Positions 1-8,927 of a stretch of 64,000 nucleotides of DNA are shown piece after piece. Source of the stretch: Candidatus Gastranaerophilales bacterium. Lineage in GTDB: Bacteria > Cyanobacteriota > Vampirovibrionia > Gastranaerophilales > Gastranaerophilaceae. The notes beneath the pieces are model-generated. The model had not been told where the DNA came from and searched no databases. It was given only the letters and a program-made list of their open reading frames with translations. Where the stretch lies: positions 3,131 through 67,130 of the forward strand of contig CALUQY010000001.1 of NCBI GenBank assembly GCA_944323035.1. The letters run 5' to 3'. The number at the start of each line of letters is the position of its first letter. Within the stretch, counting starts at the first letter, position 1. Both the position numbers and the translations under genes were made by a program.

Positions 1-993
1 ATTATTAAATCCGTACCCGACATCGCCGGTTATATCCGGATAATATTGGCGTTTTATGTATGATAAAGAAGCATACATGGCATCTTTTGTCGCCTGAAGC
101 GCCCAGATATCAGGACTGCTTTTTATTGCCAGCTCATAAGCTTTTTCTTCGTCAAACGGAAGTCCGTTTTGGGAACGGTTAAAAAGGAACTCCGTTTTTT
201 TCCCTAAAGTTTCAAGCATTTCCGTATTTTCCAGACACTCATCCTCCGGAAAATCTCTCAAACTGTCAGGTGTGGGCACTATATAGCGCCTAAAATACTC
301 GTTATTTTCAATTGATATGTCTGTTGAATTTATATATAGGCTGTTTGCCAGATTAATCAGAGCATTTTTGTATTCATTATGAGCATCAATAACCCTGATT
401 TTGTGGCGTGTAACAAGGCTTTTCGCGTTTACCATGTCAGAGTGTTCGGACATGCCTCTATCAGCTTTTGCAGTAGAGCGTTTCAGGTTGCGAAGCAGTA
501 TTTTCATAAAATCTTCTTCTATTGCAACCCTCGCCTGCGCCTTCAAAACAGCGTAGTAATTTCTCTTAACGTCAAAAACCGTGTTATAAATACTGTTTGT
601 AAGATTATATTCACCTACAAGCTGATAAAATTTTTCCATTTTGATGAGAGAATTTGCCTTGCCAAAATTCCACAACAGCTGGCTTAATACGATTTGAGCA
701 GAGGGAAGTTCGCTATTCGGCGAACTCAAATAGTTACTATTAGAGTTATACTGCTGGAAAACAGCCGACTGCGCATCAAGTGTCGGGAAATAAACTGATT
801 TTGCGACACCGACATTACCGCGCGCGATTTCAAGATTATAAATATCCTTTTTAATAACAGGACTGTTTTTGATAGCAAGATCAATACAGGAATTTAGCCC
901 CAACGCCGGAGCTGCCTCCTCAATCCCCGCAGCCGGCAATACCAGAACCGCCGATAAACATATTCCCGCTATTGCTTTTAAAACTACTCTCAT
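1..993 (-). CDS. TolC-like outer membrane efflux protein (OEP family), 3' end runs off window
   Basis: Minus-strand reading frame opens at ATG (complement of 991-993) and has no stop before position 1. Signal-peptide-like N-terminus MRVVLKAIAGICLSAVLVLPAAG, then LNSCIDLAIKNSPVIK...YYAVLKAQARV, typical of TolC/OprM repeats. Not in the ORF track because it is incomplete. Confidence 0.55.
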   Translation of the reverse strand, partial: MRVVLKAIAGICLSAVLVLPAAGIEEAAPALGLNSCIDLAIKNSPVIKKDIYNLEIARGNVGVAKSVYFPTLDAQSAVFQQYNSNSNYLSSPNSELPSAQIVLSQLLWNFGKANSLIKMEKFYQLVGEYNLTNSIYNTVFDVKRNYYAVLKAQARVAIEEDFMKILLRNLKRSTAKADRGMSEHSDMVNAKSLVTRHKIRVIDAHNEYKNALINLANSLYINSTDISIENNEYFRRYIVPTPDSLRDFPEDECLENTEMLETLGKKTEFLFNRSQNGLPFDEEKAYELAIKSSPDIWALQATKDAMYASLSYIKRQYYPDITGDVGYGFNN

Positions 994-1178
994 AAATAAT
1001 TTTTATTCTAATTTAAGCGGGATAATAAGTCAAATAAAAAATCATACATATAAAGTATTTTTTTCGGGAAGCCAATATTTACGCCAAATTTAGTTGATTT
1101 TATTTACAGATTGAGTTATACTTTATATATTGATAATAGCTGTATATTATACAATTGCACAGATAGAAAGGTCATTCA

Positions 1179-2966
1179 TTGTTTTTTTGGAATAAAGAAG
1201 CAGTTCCCGTAACAAAGGAACTCATAGAAGAGCTAAAATATAAAAATGATTACAAAAAAATTATAAAACTGATTCGTTCTGAACTAAAAAAAGGCAGACA
1301 ATCGGATTATTTCTACTGCGCACTAGCCGAAGCTATTGAAGCAACTCAGAAAAAACCAAACCTGCATGACCTTACAGAATTGTATACAAACGCGCTAAAA
1401 TTAAATAAACGGAATTCTCTGGCATATTATAAAAGAGCATTAATTAAAATGAAACAAAGCCTTTTACAAGATGCGATAAAAGATCTGAGCACTGCAATAC
1501 AAATTAATCCGAAAGATGCAAAAAGCCACACAGAACTCGGAAATATTAAATTTAAATATGCTAAATTTAAAGAAGCAATTGAATGCTACGATTCCGCACT
1601 AAAATTTGATCCGGAATACATACCAGCACTGGTAGCAAGAGCAAAGGCAAATCTTGAGCTTGAAATGTACGAGCTGGCAATTACGGATCTGTCGCAAGCC
1701 ATTGCGCTTAACAGTGAAGATATTTCTATACTAATTTTACGCGGCGATGCCCGTTTCAAAACCGATGATTTTAGCGGTGCTATAAAAGATTATACCAAAG
1801 CGCTGGAATTCAATCCTAAAGATATTGATACATTCAGTAAAAGGGCAAAAGCATACATTGCAAAAAAGAATTTCAATCTTGCCATTCAGGATTACGAAAC
1901 AATATTACAGATAGATAAGAACAATATTCAGGCACACCTTGACTGTGCAAGAGTTCTTCACCAGTACCTGAAAGGTACAAATGCCGGTATGGCATTAATA
2001 GATAAAGCAGTCAAGATAAAACCGACAAACCCTGATATTTATATGGTAAGAGCTTACATAAAAGCCGACATTAACGATCTTCCCGGCTCTATGGCGGACT
2101 TTAATACCGCAATAAAATACAGCAACAAGGAAAACAAAAATATCGCTGACATCTACAGTCTGCGCGGGGAATTATATTATAAACAGGGTTTTTACGAAGA
2201 AGCAATTCAGGACTATAACAAAATGATTGAAAAACGTCCTAATGATGCCGAACTTTATAAAAAAAGAGCAAAAGCGTTGAAAGAAACCGAACATTATGCA
2301 GCTGCCGCGAAGGATTATTCAAAAATTATCAAATTGAAACCGGACGAAATCGACAATTACTATACACTTGCAAATCTTTATATAGAATATCTGGAAAGTA
2401 AGGAACTCGGTATAAAAGTTCTGGATAAAGCAATTGAAAAGTTAAAAGATACAACTCCTGAAGTTTATCAGCTGAAAGGAGAGGTTCTGTTAAAGATGAA
2501 AAAAATTCCTGAGGCGATTGCAGAATTTAATAATGCACTTGACATTGATCCAAAAAGTGAGGAAGCACTCTATTTTAAAGGCAATGCGGAATTAAAACTG
2601 GGTGAAGTTGATTATGCAATTGAAGATTATACAAAAATAATCCAGAATAATCCTGAATATTATAAAGCATATAACAAAAGAGCCTTCTGTTACATCCAGA
2701 AAAAGAACTATGAAGAAGCGATTAAGGATTACGACCGAACACTTGCGCTGAATTCGGATTTAAGTTCCGCATATATCAACAGAGCGAAATGCAAAGAGAT
2801 AATAAAAGATTTACAGGGTGCTCTGGTGGACTACAGCACTGCGATATCTCTTAACCCGAAAGACCTTGATATTTATGTTTTAAGGGGAAATGTTAAACAG
2901 GCACTGGGAGATAATACAGGTGCACTGGACGATTTTAATAAAGCGGTAAAAGATGAAAGTTTCTAA
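1179..2966 (+). CDS. TPR-repeat protein
   Basis: 595-aa ORF made of ~34-aa repeats with the TPR signature (A..Y....A..L.P......G) throughout. Confidence 0.8.
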   Translation: MFFWNKEAVPVTKELIEELKYKNDYKKIIKLIRSELKKGRQSDYFYCALAEAIEATQKKPNLHDLTELYTNALKLNKRNSLAYYKRALIKMKQSLLQDAIKDLSTAIQINPKDAKSHTELGNIKFKYAKFKEAIECYDSALKFDPEYIPALVARAKANLELEMYELAITDLSQAIALNSEDISILILRGDARFKTDDFSGAIKDYTKALEFNPKDIDTFSKRAKAYIAKKNFNLAIQDYETILQIDKNNIQAHLDCARVLHQYLKGTNAGMALIDKAVKIKPTNPDIYMVRAYIKADINDLPGSMADFNTAIKYSNKENKNIADIYSLRGELYYKQGFYEEAIQDYNKMIEKRPNDAELYKKRAKALKETEHYAAAAKDYSKIIKLKPDEIDNYYTLANLYIEYLESKELGIKVLDKAIEKLKDTTPEVYQLKGEVLLKMKKIPEAIAEFNNALDIDPKSEEALYFKGNAELKLGEVDYAIEDYTKIIQNNPEYYKAYNKRAFCYIQKKNYEEAIKDYDRTLALNSDLSSAYINRAKCKEIIKDLQGALVDYSTAISLNPKDLDIYVLRGNVKQALGDNTGALDDFNKAVKDESF

Positions 2967-3395
2967 CGCGTCAGCCGGTGTGAAGCCACGGTGTCGGCAC
3001 ACGTGAGTGTGACGAGCAGGTGGCGGAACACTACGATGCCGCCGTAGTAAATTTTGCGGGTATGAAGTACCCGCCTAAAATTTATTCAGGCGGTGAAACG
3101 CGTCAGCCGGTGCTCGCCGGCGGTCAAGCCGGTTCCTTAATAGGCTGATTTGTTACCGGTTAGCGATTAATCAATTGTGGATGACACTCAGTGTCCAGGC
3201 GAGCACAATATCAGCGACGTTTCAGCGCGAGCGAGCAGAGAGTGTCGCACGAAGTGCAAACTCGTTTTCTGCGAGTCGAGCAAGACAAAATTAAGCGGGT
3301 GTTATCTACGCCCGCTTAAATTTTGTCAGGAGCTGCGTAAGCCGGTGTGAAGCCACGTGTCGGCACACGGGAGTGTGAGCAGATTCGCAGCACTA
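2967..3395. repeat. GC-rich interspersed hairpin-repeat modules (cgtcagccggtg..., tgtcggcacacgggagtgtgacgagcag)
   Basis: cgtcagccggtg recurs at 2968 and 3100. The agccggtgtgaagccacg..tgtcggcacacg.gagtgtga.gagcag module recurs at 2970-3020 and 3339-3385, with variants at 30061-30110 and 42345-42400. Confidence 0.55.
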
Positions 3396-3397
3396 AA

Positions 3398-3440
3398 AAA
3401 AAGAGCCCTCTAAACATTAGAGGACTCTTTTTTCTTACAA
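3398..3440. terminator. Rho-independent terminator hairpin, likely bidirectional
   Basis: agagccctcta-aacat-tagaggactct followed by a T-run, located 3' of the convergent TPR and SLH genes. Confidence 0.5.
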
Positions 3441-3446
3441 TTCAGA

Positions 3447-4862
3447 TTAGTAGATTATTGTCAACTCTTCATCCGGATTCAATGCAGAATCGTTAGTTGA
3501 TGAAGGGAGAATAACATATCTGATTTCATCACCGATTTCATAAAGTACACCGAAGGTACCGCTTACGACTAATTTACCAATATCGTAAATACCTTTACCA
3601 ATAGTGATAAAGCCGTTGCCTACACTCTTCAATCCTTTAAGCGGGTGAAGAGAGAATGTATCAACGAATGCATCGGAAATATTATCACCTAAGTTTTCAA
3701 CGCTGTCACCAATAACGTCAACACCGGTACCAACAGTTCTGCCAGCTACGCCGACAACTCTTCCTGCCGCGGAGAATGGAGCACCGAAGAGTCTGGAAAC
3801 TATGTTAGGATTTTTTTGACTATCAACCTGAACAGCTGCTAAATCTCTTTGTAAGTCCATAATCGTATCATCATTAGAGATTTCAACGAATTTAACTTTT
3901 ATATAAGCAGGATTTTTAAAGCCAGGTCTATTAACAGCATCTACAACACCTTTAACAGTAGATCCTGCCGGGAAGCAAACATCCTGAATAGTTACATCTT
4001 TTGTAGTCTTAGCTGTGAACACATCACCAACATTAGATGTTCTTGCACTAATTCTTTCTGATAATTTAATACTAATTGCAGTAGGTTTATAAGTAAATGT
4101 ACCCACACTTTGTCCTTTAGCAGCATTCATCAAATAAGTATATCTTAATGTTCCAACTAAATATGCTACCTGTTCTCTTGACAGGTATTCATCGTTAACC
4201 AATTTTTTAGTATTTGGAATATTTCTCAACAAGTCAGATTCCACGACTTCTTTTGTTGCCAGAACTGCCCAGGTTGGAATTTGTTGGATAACTTCGTCAT
4301 TATATTTAGCGAACAGAGATCTGTCTTTCAACGGAACATCAATAACTTTAGCGATAGTAGCAAAAACTTCGGCTTTAGTTACCGGCTGGTCAGGTCTGAA
4401 AGTTCTATCCGGATAGCCTATCATAACATCAGCAGCCAGCGCTTTATCAATCCATTCTTTTGCCCAGTATCCGCCCGGGATATCAGAATAATTATACTTA
4501 GCAGTTGTTGAACCGATTGCCAGCCCTTCTGACATTAAAATAGCCAATTCTGAACGTAAAATAGGCAATTTCGGGTTAAATTCACCTTTATAGCCGCGTT
4601 CCATCATCGCCAGCATATTTGATGCCCATGATTTAATGAAAACATTTTCTTTTCCTGCAACAGGGGCTAGGCAAGGGCATCTTTTTACTTTACCTGCAAC
4701 AACATAAGCAGATTTATCTTTGGTCATCACTTGAGCCTGTGAACCGAACATAGAAGGATGAGCATAAGACTGCATCATCTGTCCTGCCTGACAAGTCAGA
4801 GATAACGAAGCTGCTAAACACAATGCACCGACGGATGCCAATAAACAACTTTTTCTCTTCAT
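3447..4862 (-). CDS. S-layer-homology (SLH) domain protein with signal peptide
   Basis: N-terminal MKRKSCLLASVGALCLAASLS. SLH-type motifs YWAKEWIDKALAADVMIGYPDRTFRPDQPVTKAEVFATIAKV and FNPKLPILRSELAILMSEGL. Confidence 0.7.
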   Translation of the reverse strand: MKRKSCLLASVGALCLAASLSLTCQAGQMMQSYAHPSMFGSQAQVMTKDKSAYVVAGKVKRCPCLAPVAGKENVFIKSWASNMLAMMERGYKGEFNPKLPILRSELAILMSEGLAIGSTTAKYNYSDIPGGYWAKEWIDKALAADVMIGYPDRTFRPDQPVTKAEVFATIAKVIDVPLKDRSLFAKYNDEVIQQIPTWAVLATKEVVESDLLRNIPNTKKLVNDEYLSREQVAYLVGTLRYTYLMNAAKGQSVGTFTYKPTAISIKLSERISARTSNVGDVFTAKTTKDVTIQDVCFPAGSTVKGVVDAVNRPGFKNPAYIKVKFVEISNDDTIMDLQRDLAAVQVDSQKNPNIVSRLFGAPFSAAGRVVGVAGRTVGTGVDVIGDSVENLGDNISDAFVDTFSLHPLKGLKSVGNGFITIGKGIYDIGKLVVSGTFGVLYEIGDEIRYVILPSSTNDSALNPDEELTIIY

Positions 4863-4946
4863 ATTAGAGTCTCCTTTTCATACAATCGTTCAAGCAACGA
4901 TAATAGACTAATTATCTCAATTTTTTAAACTTTTGTCAAGTCATGG

Positions 4947-5879
4947 TTAGTCTTTGTAGTGAACTAATGGCTCAGATTTGAACAAGGATAAGAACGAGCC
5001 TAACGAGAATGCCGTTTTACCGAACCAGTTTCCCCAGAACGTAAGCCCGCCTAATATACTTAACGGAAGAAACGGAATATAAATAAAAAGATTTATAAAA
5101 GTAGTAATGTAATGCAAAGGATTAAGCCTGTGCTGTTTCTTTTTATTATAAATTCGCAAGTAACCATTATTAAAATTACGTTTCCATATAAATTTTAATG
5201 TACCACGGTTAGGGTTAACTATTTCAGTGACTATTGCGTCTTTAGCCCATAAAATTTTATACCCCATCTCATGAATTCTTGCAAAGAAATCTATATCTTC
5301 ACCGGTCATCCGCTTATACTTTTCATCAAACCAGAACTCCATTTTATTAAGAATTTCAGATTTAAAAAGAACATTATTAGTTGACGCGGTAGAACAAACT
5401 CTTTTGTTTTTACGCCTAACCTTCGCCTGAAATATCGTATTACCTTTTATCATTTCAGGGATATTCAAGGGTTGAAAATTAAAATCAACAAAGGTATGTA
5501 ATGCCGGCCCGGTAACGACCCCGGCATCAGTAGACGTTATTATCCTATACAATTCTGAAATCCAGATTTCACATGGATACTCATCATCATCTATTAACGC
5601 AATATAATCAGGTTTAAGCTTCACAACCTGCCTGAGAACCTCATTTCTTACAGAAGCTATTCCTTTACCGTGAAAAGGGAAATAATGAATAGACAATGTT
5701 TTTGATTTTACAATATCTACGGCGATAGACTCTGCGGAGTTATCCACAACAACGACTTCAATAGAAACATTGTCCGGAATTTTCATCACAGAAATCTTGT
5801 CCAAACAAATGTTCAGCAATTCATTCCTATTATATGTACAAATTCCGATTACAATTTTTTCCATATCAACTAAACTCAT
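4947..5879 (-). CDS. Family 2 glycosyltransferase
   Basis: ICTYNRNELL...VVVVDNSAE...ALIDDDEY, i.e. GT-A fold with a DxD motif. Confidence 0.75.
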   Translation of the reverse strand: MSLVDMEKIVIGICTYNRNELLNICLDKISVMKIPDNVSIEVVVVDNSAESIAVDIVKSKTLSIHYFPFHGKGIASVRNEVLRQVVKLKPDYIALIDDDEYPCEIWISELYRIITSTDAGVVTGPALHTFVDFNFQPLNIPEMIKGNTIFQAKVRRKNKRVCSTASTNNVLFKSEILNKMEFWFDEKYKRMTGEDIDFFARIHEMGYKILWAKDAIVTEIVNPNRGTLKFIWKRNFNNGYLRIYNKKKQHRLNPLHYITTFINLFIYIPFLPLSILGGLTFWGNWFGKTAFSLGSFLSLFKSEPLVHYKD

Positions 5880-5950
5880 TTAAACAAAATATACCATATC
5901 ATAAACATTACAATTTGACCACAAATAGTTTTAATGTTTAAATAGGTAAC

Positions 5951-6556
5951 ATGAACTATATTTTTTATTTTCTGATAGTTTTATCAATAATTGCGGGAGC
6001 CGTTAACGGGAAGCTTCCGGATGTAGTCAGCGCAATACTTACCGGAGCAGGGCTTTCTGTCAAAATTGCACTTTCCCTTATCGGGATTATGGCGTTCTGG
6101 CTCGGGATGATGAATATTGCACAAAAAAGCGGACTTATTGAAGTAATTGCGCGCCTGATAAAACCGGTCACAAAGCGGTTATTCAACGAAATTCCGGAAG
6201 ATTCTCCCGCAATCGGCGACATTGCAATGAGTTTTTCGGCTAACGCATTCGGACTTACGAATGCCGCAACGCCTATCGGGATTAAGGCTATGGAAGAGCT
6301 GCAAAAACATAATATTGATAAAACAACGGCGTCAAATGCTATGTGCCTGTTTCTTGCGATGAATACCGCAGGATTTCAGATAATTCCGGCAACGGTTATC
6401 GGAATTCTGGTGGGTGTCGGGTATCCTAATCCGACACAAATAATTGCGCCGACACTTTTTGTCACTACACTGGCCTTTTGTTTTGCGATTATAACGGCAA
6501 AAATCTTCCAGCGCTTCTGGGTACCGCAAAAGATTAACGAAAGCGGGGCGGAATAA
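5951..6556 (+). CDS. spmA: Nucleoside-recognition (Gate) domain membrane protein, SpmA-like
   Basis: Polytopic membrane ORF with an SpmA-like N-terminus (LPDVVSAILTGAGLSVKIALSLIGIMAFWLGMMNIAQKSGLIEVIARLIKPV). Stop overlaps the start of the next ORF (ATGA at 6556). Confidence 0.7.
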   Translation: MNYIFYFLIVLSIIAGAVNGKLPDVVSAILTGAGLSVKIALSLIGIMAFWLGMMNIAQKSGLIEVIARLIKPVTKRLFNEIPEDSPAIGDIAMSFSANAFGLTNAATPIGIKAMEELQKHNIDKTTASNAMCLFLAMNTAGFQIIPATVIGILVGVGYPNPTQIIAPTLFVTTLAFCFAIITAKIFQRFWVPQKINESGAE

Positions 6557-7095
6557 TGTTTCAACAGATAATGGATACTATTTCGCTATGGGCGCTTCCG
6601 GCAATTTTAGTTCTTATTTTGACTTACGGGCTGGTGAAAAAAGTTCCGCTTTATGAAGTTTTTACGGAAGGAGCAAAAGACGGGTTCAAAGTAGCAATAA
6701 ATATAATTCCATATCTTGTGGCGATAATAGTCGGGATTTCAATGCTCAGGGCATCAGGAGTTTTTGAATGGCTCGGCGCAATTCTTGAGCCGGTTTTGAC
6801 GTTCTTTAACATTCCGACAGACATAATTCCTATAATGCTGACCCGCTCGCTTTCAGGCTCTGCAACAATCGGTGTATTTTCAGACATTGCCGGAAATCCT
6901 GCAAGCACCTTTTACACAACAACGCTTGCAGCGGTAATGGTCGGAAGCAGTGAAACAACGTTATATGTCCTTGCGGTTTACTTCGGGGCGGTCGGAATTT
7001 CAAAAATAAGATATGCGCTGCTGGCAGGGCTTCTTGCGGATTTAGCCGGAATTATTTTAGCAATCCTAATTTGCCGCATAATGTTCCTGCATTAG
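6556..7095 (+). CDS. spmB: SpmB-like membrane protein
   Basis: Translationally coupled to the SpmA-like ORF. Motifs EPVLTFFNIPTDIIPIMLTRSLSGSATIGVFSDIAG and VMVGSSETTLYVLAVYFGAVGI. Confidence 0.7.
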   Translation: MFQQIMDTISLWALPAILVLILTYGLVKKVPLYEVFTEGAKDGFKVAINIIPYLVAIIVGISMLRASGVFEWLGAILEPVLTFFNIPTDIIPIMLTRSLSGSATIGVFSDIAGNPASTFYTTTLAAVMVGSSETTLYVLAVYFGAVGISKIRYALLAGLLADLAGIILAILICRIMFLH

Positions 7096-7426
7096 TCACG
7101 TCAACCCAGCTTTGAGTGAAGCTGAAGTTTTCACTTCTCACAGTCTTTTTCATCAAAACGGCATAGTTAACATTGATAAAGTTGACTTTTTCAAGCTTTT
7201 CAACGTTAAATTCAGCCATTCCGCAGTTTGTACAGTGTTTTTCGACAGGGACAATTTTGCCGTTCTTAATCATCGCCTTAACTTTTACCCCGCAGCAGGC
7301 GCAGCGCAAAATAAACCATTGGTTTTCAACTAACTCCCCGCAATCAGGGCAGTAAGCACAATCTACCTCCAGAGGAATTTTGCTGTGAGAACACTCTTTT
7401 TTAGTATATAAAAAATCGAACAACAT
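7052..7426 (-). CDS. Cys-rich zinc-ribbon hypothetical protein
   Basis: CAYCPDCG...CACCG...CTNCG pairs. Overlaps the spmB 3' end by ~44 nt in convergent orientation; the true start may be internal. Confidence 0.35.
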   Translation of the reverse strand: MLFDFLYTKKECSHSKIPLEVDCAYCPDCGELVENQWFILRCACCGVKVKAMIKNGKIVPVEKHCTNCGMAEFNVEKLEKVNFINVNYAVLMKKTVRSENFSFTQSWVDVTNAGTLCGKLGLLK

Positions 7427-7463
7427 ATTTTATATGTAACGATTATTTTATAAAAGTCAAAAG

Positions 7464-8642
7464 TTATCTTTTCACGCACATACTCCGCCCCGGGTGAGTT
7501 TTTAAAGCTTGTGCACAATTCCCTGTATGCAAAGCACAACGCCAACTCCTTGTAGGGTCGCCAATAACCATACTTGAAGAAAAAGCATCCGTCAACGTAA
7601 AATTAATCAAACTTCTGTTAACAAATAAAGATATTAATTCATCCCTGTTGGGCAATCGAACCTCTTCACTTTGCTCACGACAAAATCTGACATTTCCTTC
7701 ATAAACGACTGTAACATCCAGGACTTTATCTGTAGGAACCGGAGCAACAACAGAAGTATCTGTAGGCTGCAACGCAGTTATAAAGCCAATATCCTTACCG
7801 ACAGTATTAGGCCCTCTGCTTCCGTTTAAATCATAAACAAAATTCGCACATACAATTGCCTGTGAACGAAACTCCGATTCGTTATAAATAGATTTACATA
7901 ACGGATTATAATAAACCAAAACGCTTTCGCCATTAGCGGTTTCAAAGGCAGCTGCTTTTGTATTAAGCTGATGATAAGACCAACCGCCGGAATCGAAATC
8001 AAATCTTTCATTAAAATCTACAAGAGTTGTTATATCTTCCAACATAAGTGCAGAAGCTGTAGAGCCTTCGCCTATAAATGGCATTATCTTTTTGGGCAAG
8101 CCGCAATCCTCAAGGTGTTCATTATCACAAATATTGTTGATTTTAAGGACTTTTGCAAGCCCGTTTGTAACAAAAGTTTCAGCCGCTGTATCCTCAATTG
8201 AAGTAGAACCCGCGCTGTCTGTAGTTTCTCTTAATGTACCATAACCGTTCAAAGCAGGCATTAAAGCGATTGCCTGTGAAAATCTTGCATAAAGAGCTTT
8301 TCTTTGCGTGTTCCACGTGCGTTCGTTTATGTTTCCTGTAAGGCTTGGTAAGGTTATCGCCGCGACCACGCCGATTATTGTAAGGGATAACAGGATTTCC
8401 GCCATGGTGAAGGCACATTTCTTGACCGACAGCCTGTTGACCAAACATAGAACAGACTCAGTCGGTGTCATCGCGAGGGCGGAAGCCCGTGGCGATCCAG
8501 TCAAGCTCGTGGCGTCCTCAACTGGATTGCCACGCCGACTTCCGTCGGCTCGCAATGACATCGTGGTGCCCTCAACACCTAATCGGGCGGATAAGGCACG
8601 CCCCCCCCCCGTGTACAGGAATACTCTTCGATTGTTTTTCAT
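7464..8642 (-). CDS. Type IV pilin-like protein (prepilin-type N-terminal methylation domain), long leader, polyG in frame (ON)
   Basis: Class III signal ..KKCA|FTMAEILLSLTIIGVVAAITLPSL with E at +5. Conserved RBS (aaaggatgg) and ATG at 8642 give MKNNRRVFLYTGGGRA, read through the G10 tract in frame into the pilin. C-terminal ~270 aa are shared with three paralogs in this window. Confidence 0.7.
   Translation of the reverse strand: MKNNRRVFLYTGGGRALSARLGVEGTTMSLRADGSRRGNPVEDATSLTGSPRASALAMTPTESVLCLVNRLSVKKCAFTMAEILLSLTIIGVVAAITLPSLTGNINERTWNTQRKALYARFSQAIALMPALNGYGTLRETTDSAGSTSIEDTAAETFVTNGLAKVLKINNICDNEHLEDCGLPKKIMPFIGEGSTASALMLEDITTLVDFNERFDFDSGGWSYHQLNTKAAAFETANGESVLVYYNPLCKSIYNESEFRSQAIVCANFVYDLNGSRGPNTVGKDIGFITALQPTDTSVVAPVPTDKVLDVTVVYEGNVRFCREQSEEVRLPNRDELISLFVNRSLINFTLTDAFSSSMVIGDPTRSWRCALHTGNCAQALKTHPGRSMCVKR
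8601..8610 (-). repeat. Homopolymeric G10 tract (C10 on + strand) in the 5' coding leader of a pilin-like gene
   Basis: Counted directly: cccccccccc at 8601-8610, encoding GGG on the minus strand. Confidence 0.9.
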
Positions 8643-8689
8643 TTTTCCATCCTTTCTTTTATTGCGTTGGGCTGGAAAGCCCAACCTAC

Positions 8690-8890
8690 ATTCTAGTTAA
8701 TGAGTTAATCAGTTAATAAGTTAATTAGGGTTATAAAATGTTACCCGGGTTTATTCTCGTCAATTTCGGTCATATTCCTTATTAACTCTTTAACTTATTA
8801 ACTTTTCTCGGCCTTTCGTCCATTACGACTTATTGCCCTATTGCCCTATTGCCTTATTCATTATGTACCATGTTTTATAATTAGTCAAGA
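8690..8890 (-). promoter_or_regulatory. Conserved pilin-gene upstream module: sigma70-like promoter, 8-bp tandem arrays, hairpin ttgggctttccagcccaa
   Basis: cttgactaa..N..tacataat (TTGACT-N18-CATAAT read on minus) at ~8850-8885. ttattgcc 8-mers at 8830-8860. ttaatNag 8-mer arrays at 8705-8740 and inverted at 8795-8820. Hairpin at 8668-8690. The same layout recurs at 47760-47995 and 57200-57470. Confidence 0.55.
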
Positions 8891-8892
8891 GA

Positions 8893-8925
8893 TAAAAAAC
8901 GAGGCAGTTTAAACTGCCCCGTTTT
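8893..8925 (-). terminator. Rho-independent terminator of the pilC-containing operon
   Basis: On minus strand cggggcagtttaaactgcctcg followed by tttttt, immediately 3' of the pilC stop. Confidence 0.6.
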
Positions 8926-8927
8926 AA

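Noticed and set aside
379-1093. Plus-strand ORFs 379-687 and 869-1093 from the six-frame track
   Set aside because: They lie antisense to a continuous minus-strand TolC-like reading frame (1-993) that has a clear signal peptide and OEP repeats. No RBS or domain features; most likely spurious.
2967-3395. GC-rich structured intergenic segment, considered as a tRNA, other structured RNA gene, or riboswitch
   Set aside because: No cloverleaf or T-loop (GTTCRA) signature could be located. The segment is composed of the same repeat modules seen at about ten other sites, so it is best explained as interspersed repeats. A covariance-model scan would be needed to fully exclude a structured RNA.
8460-8600. 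Possibility that the polyG tracts are sequencing artefacts rather than biological homopolymers
   Set aside because: Not fully excluded. Seven independent tracts of 10-14 nt all fall at equivalent positions in two gene families and all encode Gly codons in the ON frame, which argues for real, selected tracts. Exact lengths, and hence ON/OFF calls, should still be verified against reads.
8705-8820. Possible CRISPR array (short direct repeats with regular spacing)
   Set aside because: The repeat unit is only 8 bp and directly tandem with no spacers. Copies occur as inverted pairs at many loci, and there are no cas genes. This is not CRISPR architecture.
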